Assembly: GCA_003971905.1 (NCBI GenBank)
Contig: RSEE01000154.1
Coordinates: 1 to 64,000, forward strand
Origin: Moniliella sp. 'wahieum'
Taxonomy: Eukaryota
Length of the DNA stretch: 64,000 nt
Direction: 5' to 3'
A model generated the notes under the pieces. That model ran no database searches. It worked only from the letters and a program-made list of their open reading frames with translations, and had not been told where the DNA came from. Numbering within the stretch: the first letter of the stretch is position 1; each line of letters opens with the position of its first letter. The position numbers and the translations under genes were made by a program. Shown piece by piece: positions 8,736-22,116 of the stretch.

Positions 8736-11700
8736 GCAACGGCAGCAGCAGCAGCAGCAGCAGCAACAGCAACAGCGGCAAGACCAAGAGGAGCAGCAGC
8801 AGCTCGCCCGTCTTCGTAACCCTCACCGCCGCACCCAAAGCTACGCCCCTCAGGCCCATTCCAGCTCCTCTCCTGGCCCCGGAATGGGTTTGGGACGGAT
8901 GGGTCCGGCAGCGAACGGGCCGATGGGTCTGCCCCGCCCGCCCGGTGGGTACGGGCTGATGGGCGGGATTCCGCCGGCGGCATACACTGCCAACGAATAT
9001 GGCGTGCCTTCCTACGGTTCCTCGGCCGCCCCGGGCCATGGCCGCCGGCACAGTGTGACCATCACCCCTCGTGGTGTGCCGTCGCGCCCGGGTCAAGTAC
9101 CGACGGCGGCGCCGTTCCGGATGGATCGGCGTCGCGGCATGTACCGCGCGACTCGTATGCTGCCCCGCAGGCGTTTGCGCCTGCCCCGCCGGCACCTGGC
9201 CCGGCAAGCTACCAGCTGGCCCAGGCAGCGATGCAACTCCAGACTCTGGCGCCCGAGTACCTTCTTGCTGGAGGTGGCCTGCTCAACGTCGATGCCCTGG
9301 GCGGGATGGGAATGCACGATTTGGCCGATGGGTTTACCAGTGGATACGACGGGTTCCCGCCCCCTGCCCGGTGCAGGCCAGGGCGGCGCTCGCCGTGGAC
9401 ACGGTCGCCAAGGTTCGGTGGGTCGGTCCATGTCCCAGCAGGCGATTAAGCCAAGGTGCTTGACCTGGTCCAAGCCCAAGCTCAGCTTGCCTCGCTCCAC
9501 CACAGCCGCAACCAGATCACCACGGGCGCGCATAGCCGTATGGCCTCTATGGCCTCTTCCTTCCCGCTCGGCCATGGTCGGTCCGAGTCGTTTGGCAACG
9601 CGGCCTCACTCGGTGGTGGTGGTGGCGGTCGGAAAGCGCTGTTTGGATCGTACCTCCCTCAATCGGCTTTGCCTCCGCTCTTGTCGACGGGCAAACTGGT
9701 GGTCGGGGTGCTGCGAATCAACAAGCGCAACCGAGGCGACGCCTATGTCACCACCGAAGTGCTCGATGGTGACATCTTCATCTCGGGCTCTAAGGATCGC
9801 AACCGTGCGCTCGAAGGCGACGTGGTCGCGGTCGAGTTGCTCGACCCGAACGAGGTGTGGAACATCAAGAAAGAAAAGGAAGACAAGAAACGGCGCAAGG
9901 AAGAAGCGACGGGCGCCGGTCGTCCTGGCCACCAAACCATGCCGTCGGTCAGCGGCGGGCTGCAAGGATCCGGCAAGCCGGTCAACAAATCCAAACGACG
10001 ACATTGAAGTCGAAGGCGCCCAGCTGGCCTTGATTGAAGACGAGACGGATTACGACGAGCGGCCGCCCGCGTTGGCGGGCCATGTGGTGGCCATTGTTGA
10101 GCGTACGCCGGCCAGCTTTTCTGGTACCTTAGGTCTGCTTCGCCCTTCGTCCGCAGCCACCAAGGAGAGAGCAGCAGGCGGAGCGCATGGCCGTGGGCAA
10201 GTCGATACCTCGGCCGCGTCCAAGCCCCTGGTCCGGGTGGCCGGCCCCGCATTGTGTGGTTCCGGCCGACAGACAAGCGGGTGCCACTTTTGCCATCCGG
10301 CCGACCAGGCCCCCGCTGAGTTCTGGGACGAGGAAGGCAACGCGCACGAAACGGCATTTGCCAACCGTCTGTTCGTGGCATGCATCAAGCGATGGCCCAT
10401 CACCTCTCTCCACCCCTTTGGTGCGCTGGTAGAGGAGGTGGGGGTGATTGGAAATGTCGAGGCACAGACCCTGGCGCTGCTCAAGGACCATGTGTGCATG
10501 GCCACCGAGCACTTTTCCGACGCGACGTTGCGTCTGTGGCCCGACCCGCTCCGGGCCAGGCTGCGTGGACCGTGCAAGAGAATGATATGCAGGGCCGCCG
10601 CGACTGCGGGAGTGGGACACATTTACCCTTGCCCCCGTCTCGGCCCCGGCGCTGGCGTTGGAGGTGCAGCAAGAGGCAGAGCAAGAGGTTGCTTACTCGG
10701 TCCGTTCCACCCCCGATGGCTCGGTCCAACTCGCGGTGCACGTGGCCGATGTTGCGTACTTTGTTCGTCCTGGCACAGCGGTGGACCGCGACGCGCGCAA
10801 GCGCGGCGCCTCTGTCCAGCTGGTCCAACGATCGGTCCCGATGCTGCCACCCGGTCTGTCGGAAGACGCGGCGGCGCTGCTCCCCTCGCTCGATCGGTTG
10901 GCGGTCAGTGTCATTCTCACTCTGGCGCCCTCGTCCGATGCAGAGACGTCGATGGAAGAGGGCCAGGTGAGGACATGCCAAGCGGAGGTGACGGACGTTT
11001 GGATTGGGCGGACGGTGGTTCGTTCGGACGCGCATGTGGACCCGGTTTGCTCACCGCCGTCTTGGAGGGGCACAACGACCGACTTTCCGCCTCTGTGGCG
11101 GAGGGAGTGCGCACGGCCATGCCCTTGCGCTGCGTCTGCGCTCGGCGCGCGATGCTGACGGCCAACTGGACGCGCTGGTTGCACATGCTCCAGGACTCGC
11201 ATTACCCTCGATGCCAACGGTCTGCCCACTGACGCCTCTGTCCGCCGGCCGGCGAATCGGAGACGATGGCGCATGAGTTTAGTGTGGCGGCGAATGCGGC
11301 GGTGGGTGCGCGTTTGGTCGCTGCTCTGCCCGACTCGGCGCTGTTGGTGCGGCAAGATGCTCCTTCGGCACGCAAGCTCGAGTTGTTGGCGAGCAAGATG
11401 GCCAAGGTGGCGCCGGGATCAAGTGGGACCTTGGTTCGGCGACGGCGTTGGACCGGAGTTTGGCTGCGCTCAAGCGATGGGCCGACGAACGGGTCGGGAG
11501 GCGAGCGAGAGCATCTCCAGCGCCAACGGCAGCGGGCTGCGCTGCTCGCCTTGGCCCAACGTGCGTTGATCCCGGCCAAAGCGTTCTCGGCTGGCATGGT
11601 GGACATCTCGAAGTACTCCCACTATGCACTGTCTCTCCCGTTGCTCACTCACTTCACTGCCGCTCAGCCGGTACGCTGATGTGGCGGTGCAGCGGCAAGT

Positions 11701-12827
11701 GCTCGATGCTCTGGTTGAGCCGGCGTCGCTGTCCGGGTCCGAGGCCGGCTCGGCAGGTGACAAGGACAGTGCCGAGGTCAAGGCCAAGGACGCTGGAGCT
11801 CCAGAGGCCGTGGGTACCGACCCGGCAGCCAAGCCGGCTGTGGCCAAGGAGACAGTGGCCAAAGAAACGGTGGCCAAGCTGGCGCAAGTGTTGCAACGCC
11901 AAGTTGGCCGCGGGCCAGCTGGCTGGGGAAAGCAGTGGCCATCTGTACCTGTGTCTGTTGGTGCACGACCTGACGATGCGGTACGGTGCAGTGATTCGCA
12001 ATGCGACAGTGACGGCCGTGTGCCCGACGGGGCTGGACGTGCTGGTGCCAGAGCTGAATGTGGAGAAGCGGGTGCACGCGGACCTGTTGCCGGTGCATGC
12101 GGCGCTGCACGATGCGGCGAGCGGGACACTGACGCTGCACTGGCGGAACGGGGTGGACGTGCTGCAGCACTTGGACGAGACGTCGGCGGATACGCATGCG
12201 CGGCGGTTGCGTGAGCTGGCTGCGACGCAGCTGGCTTGATGGAGACCACGTCGCTCTCTACGGCCGAGGACGGATGCGCTGTTTGACCAGGACACGTTGG
12301 ACGAGGAGAAGAACGGGCGGCTCAGCGGACACGCCAGGCAGCACTGCACGCCCTCATGTCGGGCCAAGACGCGCGCACGTCAGCTCAACGTTGGAAGTCC
12401 TACCAGCTGTCGGAGTATGCGCGGCGCAACCCGCTCCCCGCTGCGTTGGGCGGGGAACCGATGCGTCCGTCCGACAGCTCCGTGTCGACGGAATCCTTGG
12501 CTTCGTCCCATCTTGGTGCCGCAGGCAGTCAGCTAGCTCCACCACTACCGTCCCACACGACGCTAGCAGTTCCAACGCTCCCACCACGGGCTCTGACGCG
12601 CAGGGATCGTGTCCCCCCCGGAGTTGGCGTGGCGGCTGTGTGGGGCAACGGTCACCCATACGGCGGCTGCGCCGCGCGCCCCGGTCCGTTGGGCAGCACC
12701 GTACAGACCATTGCTGAGCTCGACACGTTGCCCGTGATCTTACTGTCGGACATGACCAAGTCCCCCCCGTGCTAAGGTGTATGCGGTCAACCCGTTTGCT
12801 CCACGGGCTCTTGGACCGCGCCCGTAG
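7920..12827 (+). CDS. SSD1: Ssd1-like RNB-family RNA-binding pseudonuclease with a polyQ/prion-like N-terminus; intron 8597-8670
   Basis: Motifs KALFGSYLPQ..LVVGVLRINKRNRGDAYV..DIFISGSKDRNRALEGDVVAVELLD, IKRWPITSLHPFG, VHVADVAYFV, HYALSLPLLTHFT and the C-terminal PVILLSDMTKSPP..NPFA. GT-AG intron with CTGAC branch. Start approximate; several indels. Confidence 0.9.
8682..8802 (+). repeat. CAG/CAA trinucleotide tract encoding polyQ in SSD1
   Basis: (CAG)n with CAA/CGG interruptions. Confidence 0.9.
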
Positions 12828-15608
12828 TCATGTGAACCTGTAAACCTGCGAAGTGCGAACGGTGGAAAGAAGCTGTCTCATGGGAATTCCATGGAATCCC
12901 ATGATGGAATGCCATGGCGCGCCATGGCAAACCTCGTCCTACGTTCCTCCCCACCCCCCCCCCTTCCTTCCCCTGTCCCGTGGCTCTAGCGGTCCCATGG
13001 GACGGTCCCCCAAGTTCCTAGTTCCAAATTCTCCGCTTCAAGTTCCAAGTTCTCTGCTCCCAATTCTCTGCTCCAAGTTTCTCGTTCAGGCCCACGCTGC
13101 GGCCCAAGTTCCGGCCCAAGCTTAGGCTCATATCCATTCTTCTTCCATGCACCCATCCACTCAACTCCACTCCACTCCACTTCAATTCAATCCACTTCAA
13201 TCCAATCCATTCTGCCTCATCTCGGTTCTTGAGGTCTTGCTCTTGCTCTTGCTTTTGCTCTTGCTTTTGCTCCTGGCCCACCCGGCTTTACTTTGTTTTC
13301 CTCTCTTCGCTTCGGCTGCCACCCCGTTTTGGCCATCTTTTTTTTTCCTTTTTTCTTTTCTTTCTTTTTCCCGCGCGCGCCCCTTATCGGCCCCCCCCCC
13401 CCCCCCCTTCCCTGCCGCCACGTCTCTTGCTCTCTTTACTCCTTCCTGCTGGTCCCATTCCAAATGGCCGGTTCTGGGCGGCTGCATTGGTCCCGACGCA
13501 TATGCTTCACTACGCCTACCCTGGACCGGCCCATTCGCCCGCGGCCGCATCTGGTTGGGATGAGATGCCTTTTTTTCTTTGTCTTCTCTTTCGTTCTCTT
13601 CTTTTGCCTACTGTGGATGGACGCAGGACGCTAAGCCCACTCAAGCTAAACCAAGCCAAGCTCAGCTACGGCAAACCAAGCACAAGCATTTTTGCAGGGG
13701 CTTCCAAGCTAAACGCGAAACAAAACGAACCGTGAGCGCTGAGCAGATTTGATTTGGCCAATTGGCTTGCACTAGATCTAGATCTTCTTTGCTTTTGCTG
13801 TTTGCTGTTTGCTGTTCTAATAGTAGAAGTTCTAGTAGTACTCAGGTGGGCACCGGGCAACGAGGCTGGTCATATAAGCCTCCCTCTCGTAGCACTACTA
13901 CCTCCGTTTTTTAGTCGAGTTCCAGGCAATGAGTTTGGTGAGAGGTTCCAGTGCGCATTCTCCGGATTCCATACTACCTTCAACAGACGTCATCAATAGC
14001 GAGGCAGGGACGAAGCAGTCTTACTTTAGTACTAACCTTAGCGGATTCTGACATGTCACAGGGGGGCGTATTCTTTCTATATAGTGTCACGCGTCACGGG
14101 CGAAGACGGGCTGGCAAGCCCGGCGGAACCTACGTGCGCCCTTCGCCTTCCTAACCCCGTCCCAGGTTGGTCAGTGGGTCGGATCCGACCTGATCCGATC
14201 TTCAAGCTAAGGCCCGTCTGCTGTCTGATAAGAGAGCTCGATCCTAAGTTTAATCCAGTTCCATCGCGGCGGGCTCGACCACCAGCGCAATATTATCAAG
14301 TCTACGTATCCGAGCGACAACGGTCGCCTTCCGTCTAAGTTAAACGTTAATTGAGGATCCCAGTTTCGTGGTTCCCTGCTTCCCTTTGTGTTCTTGCGAC
14401 GCTAGTCGCCCCATGCTGGTTTATCTTACTTCTCTGCGTTGTACTTGTGGCAACCCCGAGCGACAATAGTCGCCCCATGCCTGTTACCTTACCTTTCTAG
14501 GCTGTCCGTGCGGCAGCCGTCTCCCCTGTTCACCCTGTCTCCCCTGTTCCCCGTCCATCCTCTGTTGCCTTGTTTCCCTTTAGTCCTTGTCTGTTAGCAA
14601 TGGTTCGTGGCTTTCCCCCACGGTCCATTGGCCTCTCCCCTCCTCTCCTTGCCAATGGATCAATCCAGCACAGGCAACTCCTCCTCGTAGTTGCTCCTCC
14701 AGCCCCGTCGTCAGATCTCAGCTGCCCCAGCCCAAGTCCAGCCGGCAGTTCAGCGCGCGTGTGATCCTGCCTACAGCCACGCCGCCCCCAGTCGCAGTCC
14801 CCAGTCCCAGCCCAGCCTCATGCACGGCCCATGCTGTCAACGGCGCTGAAGCTGCGTAGTCGGGGCGCAGCAGGAGGGGTTCTGCCAATACTGGGTGCAA
14901 TGGGCACAAAGCATCGTCCCAATGAGCCCATAAGACCATGGCGGGCTGCGGATGATGTCCGCAGGATGGACAAGATGTCGACTGGCTCTCTCTCACTAGG
15001 CTAACAGGACTGAGTACTGACGCGTGTTTGGATGAGAGGTGTACGACATACGGGGTCAGCGTCCGGAGACGACGGCGGAGCGCCCCGTAACATGTAACAG
15101 GAGGCACCGAGCATGGCTCGCAGGAGAGTACTGAGTGATCCTACACCCGCACCAGCAGAGGCGCGGGATACGGGCTACTATTCTCTGCGAGCTGATCGAC
15201 ATAGTCATCGAGAGGGTTCAGAGTACACATTATAAGAAGCTTACGATGATAGTTTATCCGATATGTACCCCATGGTGTCATGCACGTCACTTGTGACCTG
15301 GAGTTCTGATGGTCCTCAAGGGCGATGCTGGTGGTGGTGGGGTCGCAACCAGCCATGCCTGCAGAGGAACATCACGCATCGAGTCGCCATCAGGCCTGAG
15401 GGCCTCAGGGGCTAAGCTGCAGGACAAGGAGAATACGTAATAGCAGGAGAAGGAAAACAACGGAACTCCTAGGCCTGAGAAGGAACTGAAGGGACAATGA
15501 CCAGAGTGCGAGCCGCCCACCTGAACATCACTTAGTTTGCTATAGTACGTCGTACCGCTCTCCATAGGAAAAAAGCCCCTATTATCGCCCCTCCTTCACC
15601 TCCCCAAA

Positions 15609-15615
15609 TATAAAA
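15609..15615 (+). promoter_or_regulatory. TATA box of the aspartic protease gene
   Basis: TATAAAA about 120 bp upstream of ATG 15733, followed by a CT-rich leader. Confidence 0.55.
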
Positions 15616-15732
15616 CGGTTCGCATTCACCAGTCCCTTTTTTGCTCTTCATTTTCTCCCACCCCCCATCACTCCTCTTTCCTCTCCCCAAGTACCTCTCT
15701 TTCCCCTCCACGTCTCTTCACGACTTTTGATC

Positions 15733-17312
15733 ATGCATCTTCCTAACACGTTCGTCGCGCTAGCTGTGGCGCTGGGAGCCACGGGCGCATTGGCTGCCCC
15801 CTCGCCCACGGGCCACCGTCGGTCGATTACCCGCCCCTACAGCGCAACGAAGGACGCAGCCTTGACTGACGGTAAGGTAGACCAGAGCAAGTTGGCATCC
15901 GAACTTGCCCGCTTGCGCTCCAAGTACGCCGCTGGTATGGCAACTACGAGCGAACGTCGGTCACAAGCACATGCTTGACGCTACTAATCTCGTCCATCGC
16001 GACACGGGTAATGTCCCCTCGCTGTGCAAGAAGGCGGTATGCGATGGACTGGCCCGGCCGAGTGGGGCGGTCAGAAATCCAACTTCGTACGTCGTAACGT
16101 CCCACTCCTCCTATCTATCATTTTGGTTTCTTCCAAAGAGTCCACCTGGGAGCCCCACACTTCCCCTTGAGCTATTAATGCGAAGCGGTTCATGCGGAAG
16201 CGCATCGTGGATGGAACGCTAACGTGAGAGGTTTACGATACCTGCAATGTGCGAACAGTTTTGACACGGGCAGTTCGGACACGATTGTCAATCCGGATGC
16301 CTATCGCCGTCGAAGTCAGCTCATCAAAAGACACGGGCACGACGTTCGACGCCGCTTATGGAACCGGTTCTGTGAGCTTCAGGGGAAGTTTACTCCGACA
16401 CGCTGAGCATTGGCGGTGTGTGTCAGCGAACACTGCGTACATTGGACATTCCAACAAAAACCTTCATAAGCAACGAGGGGAACAGTCAAGGGCTTGCGGG
16501 ATGGCCTTCCCTTCCCTCTCCTTTTCAGCAAAAGGAACCCTTCTTCCAGTCTCTCATCAAGGCCGGTGGCCTGGACCAGGAAGGGTTCACCATGAAGCTC
16601 CGGACCGAAGGAACGTCGACGATGACCTTGGGATCCATCAGCTCCAGCGCCGAGTATGTCCCGGCCACCAAGCCTGCGTACTGGTCAGTCGCAGGCAAGA
16701 TTAACGACCAATCCATCACGGCCGTCATCGACTCGGGCACAAGTATGATTGTTGGTGCGTCCCACTCCCCTTTGGATTGTTTCGATACCAAAGGCAACTT
16801 ATATGACCTTATCCGCGTGTTGTGGGCGATGATCAATGACCATACACAGCCCCCCGTCCGAGGCCAAGCAGCTGTACAAGTCGTTGGGCTGCAAAACGCA
16901 AGAAAGCGACGGCTGGCTCGAGGCGACGTACAATTGCTCTTCTCCGCCCGATGTGAGCATGACGTTTGGTTCGAAACAAATCTCCTTGGCAATGCCACGT
17001 CGTTGAGAAGAGTGGCCAGATGTGTTTGTTTGCCGTTGTGGGCAGGGACCTGGGGATTGACGGATGGGTCACGGGCGATTCGCTGTTCCTCAACACGGTA
17101 CGTAGAATTATATCCAATGTGCTCTTCTTTCTTCTTTTTGTTTTCTTTTCATCTTCCTTCCGCCTCTCAACAGTATCTCGAGCCATACGGAGCAAAGGGA
17201 GGGAGAGAGAGGGGATGCACACGACGGGGACTGACAATCTTGTGTACCTGCGCGACGTGGTGTCTAGGTGATCTCCTTCGACGTGGCCAAACAACGCGTT
17301 GGGTTCGAGTAA
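15733..17312 (+). CDS. Secreted pepsin-like (A1) aspartic protease; introns ~16087-16258, ~16755-16849, ~17098-17267
   Basis: Signal peptide MHLPNTFVALAVALGATGALA, both catalytic motifs FDTGSSD and VIDSGTS, WVTGDSLFLNT, and C-terminus SFDVAKQRVGFE*. Confidence 0.88.
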
Positions 17313-18120
17313 GAACCGCCAGCCGGCGCGGGGGGTTGTGTTCGTCGCGTGGGTCCACGCCATCCGCCGAGACCCGTTGTCTGTCTGCCGTTCGTGTGCG
17401 GCAAGTGCCGAACCTTCAAGGCATTTGACGTGCATGTCATCGGACACGCTTTGTTTTTCGCCAGGGGAAAATCTTAACTTGTTTTGTTGATCCTTGTCCA
17501 CTACTACCCCTTTCTCTGCTACGTACATTTCGTCGCTCACGCCAGTGGCAGTTGTGCGACGACGCTGCCCGTCTCGGTGTCTCCAGGTCAGAGCCTTCAG
17601 GCGTTGCTATAATGATCAAAGATTATGGAATCCGATTGGATAAGGCTGAGGCGACACGAACACGAGTAGTTGAACAACAGGGAGCGCGTGTTGTGACATG
17701 GAGACTCATGTCTACTTCTCTCTCCTATGTTCATGACCGACCCTGCTTCCTCTCATCACGTCTTCGTTCATCCTCCGTGATTAATGAGTAGTTCCCTTGA
17801 TCCTACCACCTACTACTCGACTAGGTGTACTTACGCGACGTCTGGTTCCCCTGCCTTTTTACCAACGCGGCGCGACAGTTCGGGTGAAAGAGAGAGGACG
17901 GGACGGATGCGTGCAGGGTACTACGAGCTAACTGGGAGAGAGCCAACCGAACCGAGCCGAAACCACCAAACCAAACCAAACCAAACAAAACAAAACAAAA
18001 CAAAGCAAAAAATGAACTAGCAGGCCAAAATGCATTGGGGAACTGATCTGATCTCGCGACTTCGCGATCTGACGGTGCCCAGTCGGCTGAGTGGGAGCAC
18101 GCTCGGTACGCTCGGTACGC

Positions 18121-21100
18121 TCAGTACTGGACATCGAAACGGATGCGCATGTTCATGGCGGCGAGCTCGGCGACGAGGTAGCGCAAGACATAAGGTACAG
18201 CGACGACGTCCAATTCTCCGACGGAGCGGAGGAGTGCGTGGCGGGGGACCTTGATAGCGTTGTCCTTGTTGTGCCTCGTCATTTCGGCTGGGGTGGTAGC
18301 GCGGTGTAGTGAGTGCCTTTTGGTCTTCTGCGCGGCACAAGCGACAAAATTCGCCATTGGGACCCATGCCACGTCGAGCAGCTAGGTCGGTACGTAAATC
18401 GATCGTTTGAGCGTCCAGTCCGCTCGTCGTTTCCTCGTACCCGACCGAGACGAGTGACCCGCACCGCCGACACACCATGCCGTCGAGTAATCCGAGCAGT
18501 TCATCAGTCGGTCTTGGAGGAGGAACGCCGTGCCATGCGCAAGCATTGCGTCGCGCTCCATTTCTCCTAGACGAATACCACCTTGCCGTTTGCGGCCCTT
18601 GACGGGCTGGGGGTACGCTGGTCAATTGGTCCCGTGGTACGCACTTGGAACTTATCGTTGACCATGTGACGCAGACGTTGGTAGTACACCACGCCGAGGT
18701 AAATGTCAGCCGGGAACGGTTCGCCCGTGATACCGAGTACATCGGTTCGTGGCCCATGTAATGTACCCGGCCTTGACGAGTTGCTGACCGAAAAAGTCGA
18801 CGGGGGTATCGTCTTCGGAGAAGGACCAAGGGGTAGAGTCTTGTGCGATCCCATGCATCGCACCTGCTTTGCAGCCATCGACTCGATCAACATCCCGATC
18901 GTCATACGGGACGGGAAGGCGTGCGGGTTGATAATCACGTCGGGCTGCATGCCCGATTCCGAGAAGGGCATATCGACCTGTGGCCACTTTTGGGAGCACA
19001 CACCTTTTTGTCCGTGCCGCGACGAAAAACTATCGCCAATGACGGGGGAACGGGGAATGCGCAAGGTAACTTGAATTTTCTGTGCTTCGCGCGCGCCCGT
19101 ACCCGCGTCCATGCCAATCACACGCACCGTATCCACGTACGCGTAATCGTCGCCCTTCATCTTCTCAAACGAGGTGACACCCGTAATCTCGTCCCAGTAC
19201 GCTAGGTACGCGTCGCCATTATTAAACCGTTCCCCGATCTGGGGCAGACCATCAACGTCGATCCGTTGACGGTGCGGGTGGGTGGGCGGCACGTCCGGTC
19301 CAAAGCCCAAGTGGACAGTAGAGAGTCCACTCCGCGTACCTTGGTGTTTCGATGTCAGATCCACAATCACCGATTTGTAAATCACCCCATACCCAAACCC
19401 ACGCTCGTGCGCCGACTTGTTGAGAATCATAGCGTCCTCCATATCGTACCCGTGTAGGAGATGACAGCGACAATCGCGTTGGCGCCATTGGGGTAATCGT
19501 CAAAGGAGTACTTGTTGTGCAGCCGCGGGGACGGGAGTCTGCGGCGTCTGGATACGATACAACTTGTTATCAGCACGGTGGTTAAGTGCGGTGGTAGAGG
19601 CGGTACCCATGGTCTGCTTGGCCATCTGGCACTGGTACATGTTCCGTGGCGACTGGTTAAAGTCTGAAAAGGGTGTCAGGTTGGCCAAGACCGAGAGGAC
19701 CGAGGTGGGTGCCAACTCAATGTGGGACGTCAGGCCCGTCTTGACGTCTTCGGGCTGACACGCCACGTCGAGGTACACCTGTTCAAAGGGTCCGACCATG
19801 TCGGGCTTGCCATTGGCCAAGAAGGTGACGGGACGCATCATGCGCGACCGGTTGCTAAACAGGTACAAGCCAGGGAACTGACCAGCGTGCGGGGGGGCAC
19901 CAAACCGATTTCCAGCTCGAGCGGCACGCCCCGTTGACCCTCGGTCTTCCACAAGCGCAAAGCGTAGGCCATACGAGACGCGAGCTCAGGCGTAGTATGT
20001 CAATCACCATACCATCCAGCATGACCACCATCGAAAGTGCCTTGGCCGACGTACCGGCGATATCGAGTGCATGGCCACCGTCGGAACCATGCCAGGCCAG
20101 CCAACACCTCGGGCACCCGACTGGTATCCGGCACCGAGGTCATGAGCTTACACGTGTGACTGAAGTGGTTCAGCAGAAACAGGGGGATCCGTCGGGGGTG
20201 TGAAGGGGCAGAGGAACCCCCAGGCCTCGGGGAGCAACTTGCGTACGGCCGTCGTCTTGAGCTCGGCAAAGAACGCACCACGGTGGACCGAGCGGAAGTG
20301 GGAGAGGAAACGGTAGTAGTTAAGTTTCTCAGCAACAATCGTGAACCCCGAAGCTTGTTTAAGATCGAGACCGGATTGGGACACTAGGTTGCCCGTGGCC
20401 AAGAACGCGGCGAGACGAGCGCCAATGTTGGAGGGGACCTTGCCCATCGCAGCGCTGATGTACTTGCCATCGAAAAAGTCGGGGGCGACCTTGGTGGAGC
20501 GGTTGTTGTTCATGTCCTTGTTGGGGCCGTAGGCGGCACGAAGGTCGATCTGGATCTGCTGCTTGACCTCGGTGAGGAACCTTCGAGGCGCTCCTTGATG
20601 ATTTGGCCATAGAGGAAGCCGGGCAAGAGGATGTCCTGGCACTGGGGGCTGTCTTCGTTGTCAGACACGACTCGTCAGCCACGTTCGAGTAAAGCTTGCG
20701 GATCATGTGGACCAGCATGCGGTACTTTTCCCGTGGCGATGCGAGATGCACCAGGACAATTTGGCTAATGAAGCGGGCACCAATTGGTAGTTGTCCCAGT
20801 CCTCCGGGGCACCCATGACAACACGGAACTTGTCCCCAATGTACTCGAGGCACTGGTTGCCATTGAACAGTTGGTAGTACTTGAAGCTGCGCAGCAGCAC
20901 CTCCACACGGTCCGTTAAGAACGTGTTCTCATAGTCTCCCTGCGCGATGGAAGTGAAGATTTCCTTGTCGGTAGCGTCAACGAGCGCTTGAGAACCATGA
21001 CAACGGGAATCATGTACTCTTGCTTGCGCCAACTGAAACGGAGCGTGATGTTACCATTCGCGAGATAATGGATCGTGTTAGTCATCGACACGAGGTCATC

Positions 21101-22116
21101 TTTGGGCTGGGAACGGATGGTGACCGCTTTCTTGGTGTAGTACGGGCCACGGTCCGCAAACGCACCACGCTCAATCGCCATGGCATGGTTGGCCTTGGGG
21201 CTGATCAAGCAGCGGATCAAACGCTCGTTTCCGTTAATGATAAAGTAGCCTCCAAACTCGGTTGCTTCTTCGTTGTGCTTGACCAGGTCCGCGGACGACA
21301 TGCCCTGGAGGTGGCAGCGGTTGGACTGAAGCAAGAGACAGGTTAGCGGCGGCGAACATGGGGAGAGGGGGATCAAAGGGAGAAGAAGAAGAAGGAGAAC
21401 GGAGAAAACGTACGCGAACCATGATGGGAGCTTGGCCAAACGAGCGGGTTTCACTGAACGCGGGACCGCCATTGATGGACCACTGAATGCGAGCGGTTAA
21501 GGTACCTGCGTAGGTGGAGAGGCGTTCGCGTGCCTCGGTAGGGTAATGTTGGGGTTACGAATGCCCTCTGTGCGTTCCGACACGGCCGGCCGTGCGAGGC
21601 TGACCGAGTCAACCCACATTTCCAAGCGGTTTCCCATGGCAAACGCTTCGCCCGAAGCCCACTGTTCACCGGTCGCGCCCTGGCCATCGAACGAGACGCG
21701 AGGCTGGATGGTGCGAATAGCTTTGGCCAAGAGACCTTCTCCTCGGGCTTGCGGGGCTTGCCCTCGGCTTTGAGCTGGGCCTTGGTGGGCGTGACGCGCG
21801 GGTCGTCGCTCCAGAGCATGTTGAACGACTCGATGGGGCGCGCTGAGCTCGAGCAGTTCGGGTGCTGGAACTCGTCCTTGCTGGGCGTTTGGAAGCGCTG
21901 GAACTGCTCGAGCGTGTGGAACGTAAACGGTTCCTCCCACCGGCGCTGGCGAGGCGACGGGCATGCCCAGAGTCGGGCAGCTGGAACTGGGCGTCGCCGT
22001 CAACGTCCATGTCGGCATCGGCCTTGAGGGAGCCAGTGCGGGCGCGGCGGCGGGGGTGAGGTCCCGGCACTGTCCGAGTCGGACGAGGGCGAGGCGCTGC
22101 GCTCCGAGCGGGCCAT
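18121..22116 (-). CDS. RPA135: RNA polymerase I second-largest subunit; intron 21326-21413
   Basis: [99 protein letters not shown] and C-terminal [16 protein letters not shown]. Confidence 0.95.

Noticed and set aside
7393..11232. 1279-aa ORF and many long Arg/Pro/Gly-rich overlapping or antisense ORFs
   Set aside because: These are stop-poor GC-rich shadow frames that only intermittently match the real Ssd1 frame.
6826..14098. 13-bp GTCACGCGTCACG direct repeat flanking SSD1 (6826 and 14086) as element ends or a TSD
   Set aside because: Dozens of chance 13-mer pairs are expected in 64 kb, and the enclosed gene is a core gene.
15660..15720. Ssd1-binding CNYTCNYT motif in the neighbouring protease leader
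   Set aside because: Such matches are expected by chance in a CT-rich fungal 5' leader.
19021..19040. [12 protein letters not shown] instead of the invariant [12 protein letters not shown] in RPA135
   Set aside because: GATAGTTTTTCG versus GATAAGTTTTCG is one lost A plus one extra T in adjacent homopolymers, a compensating read error.
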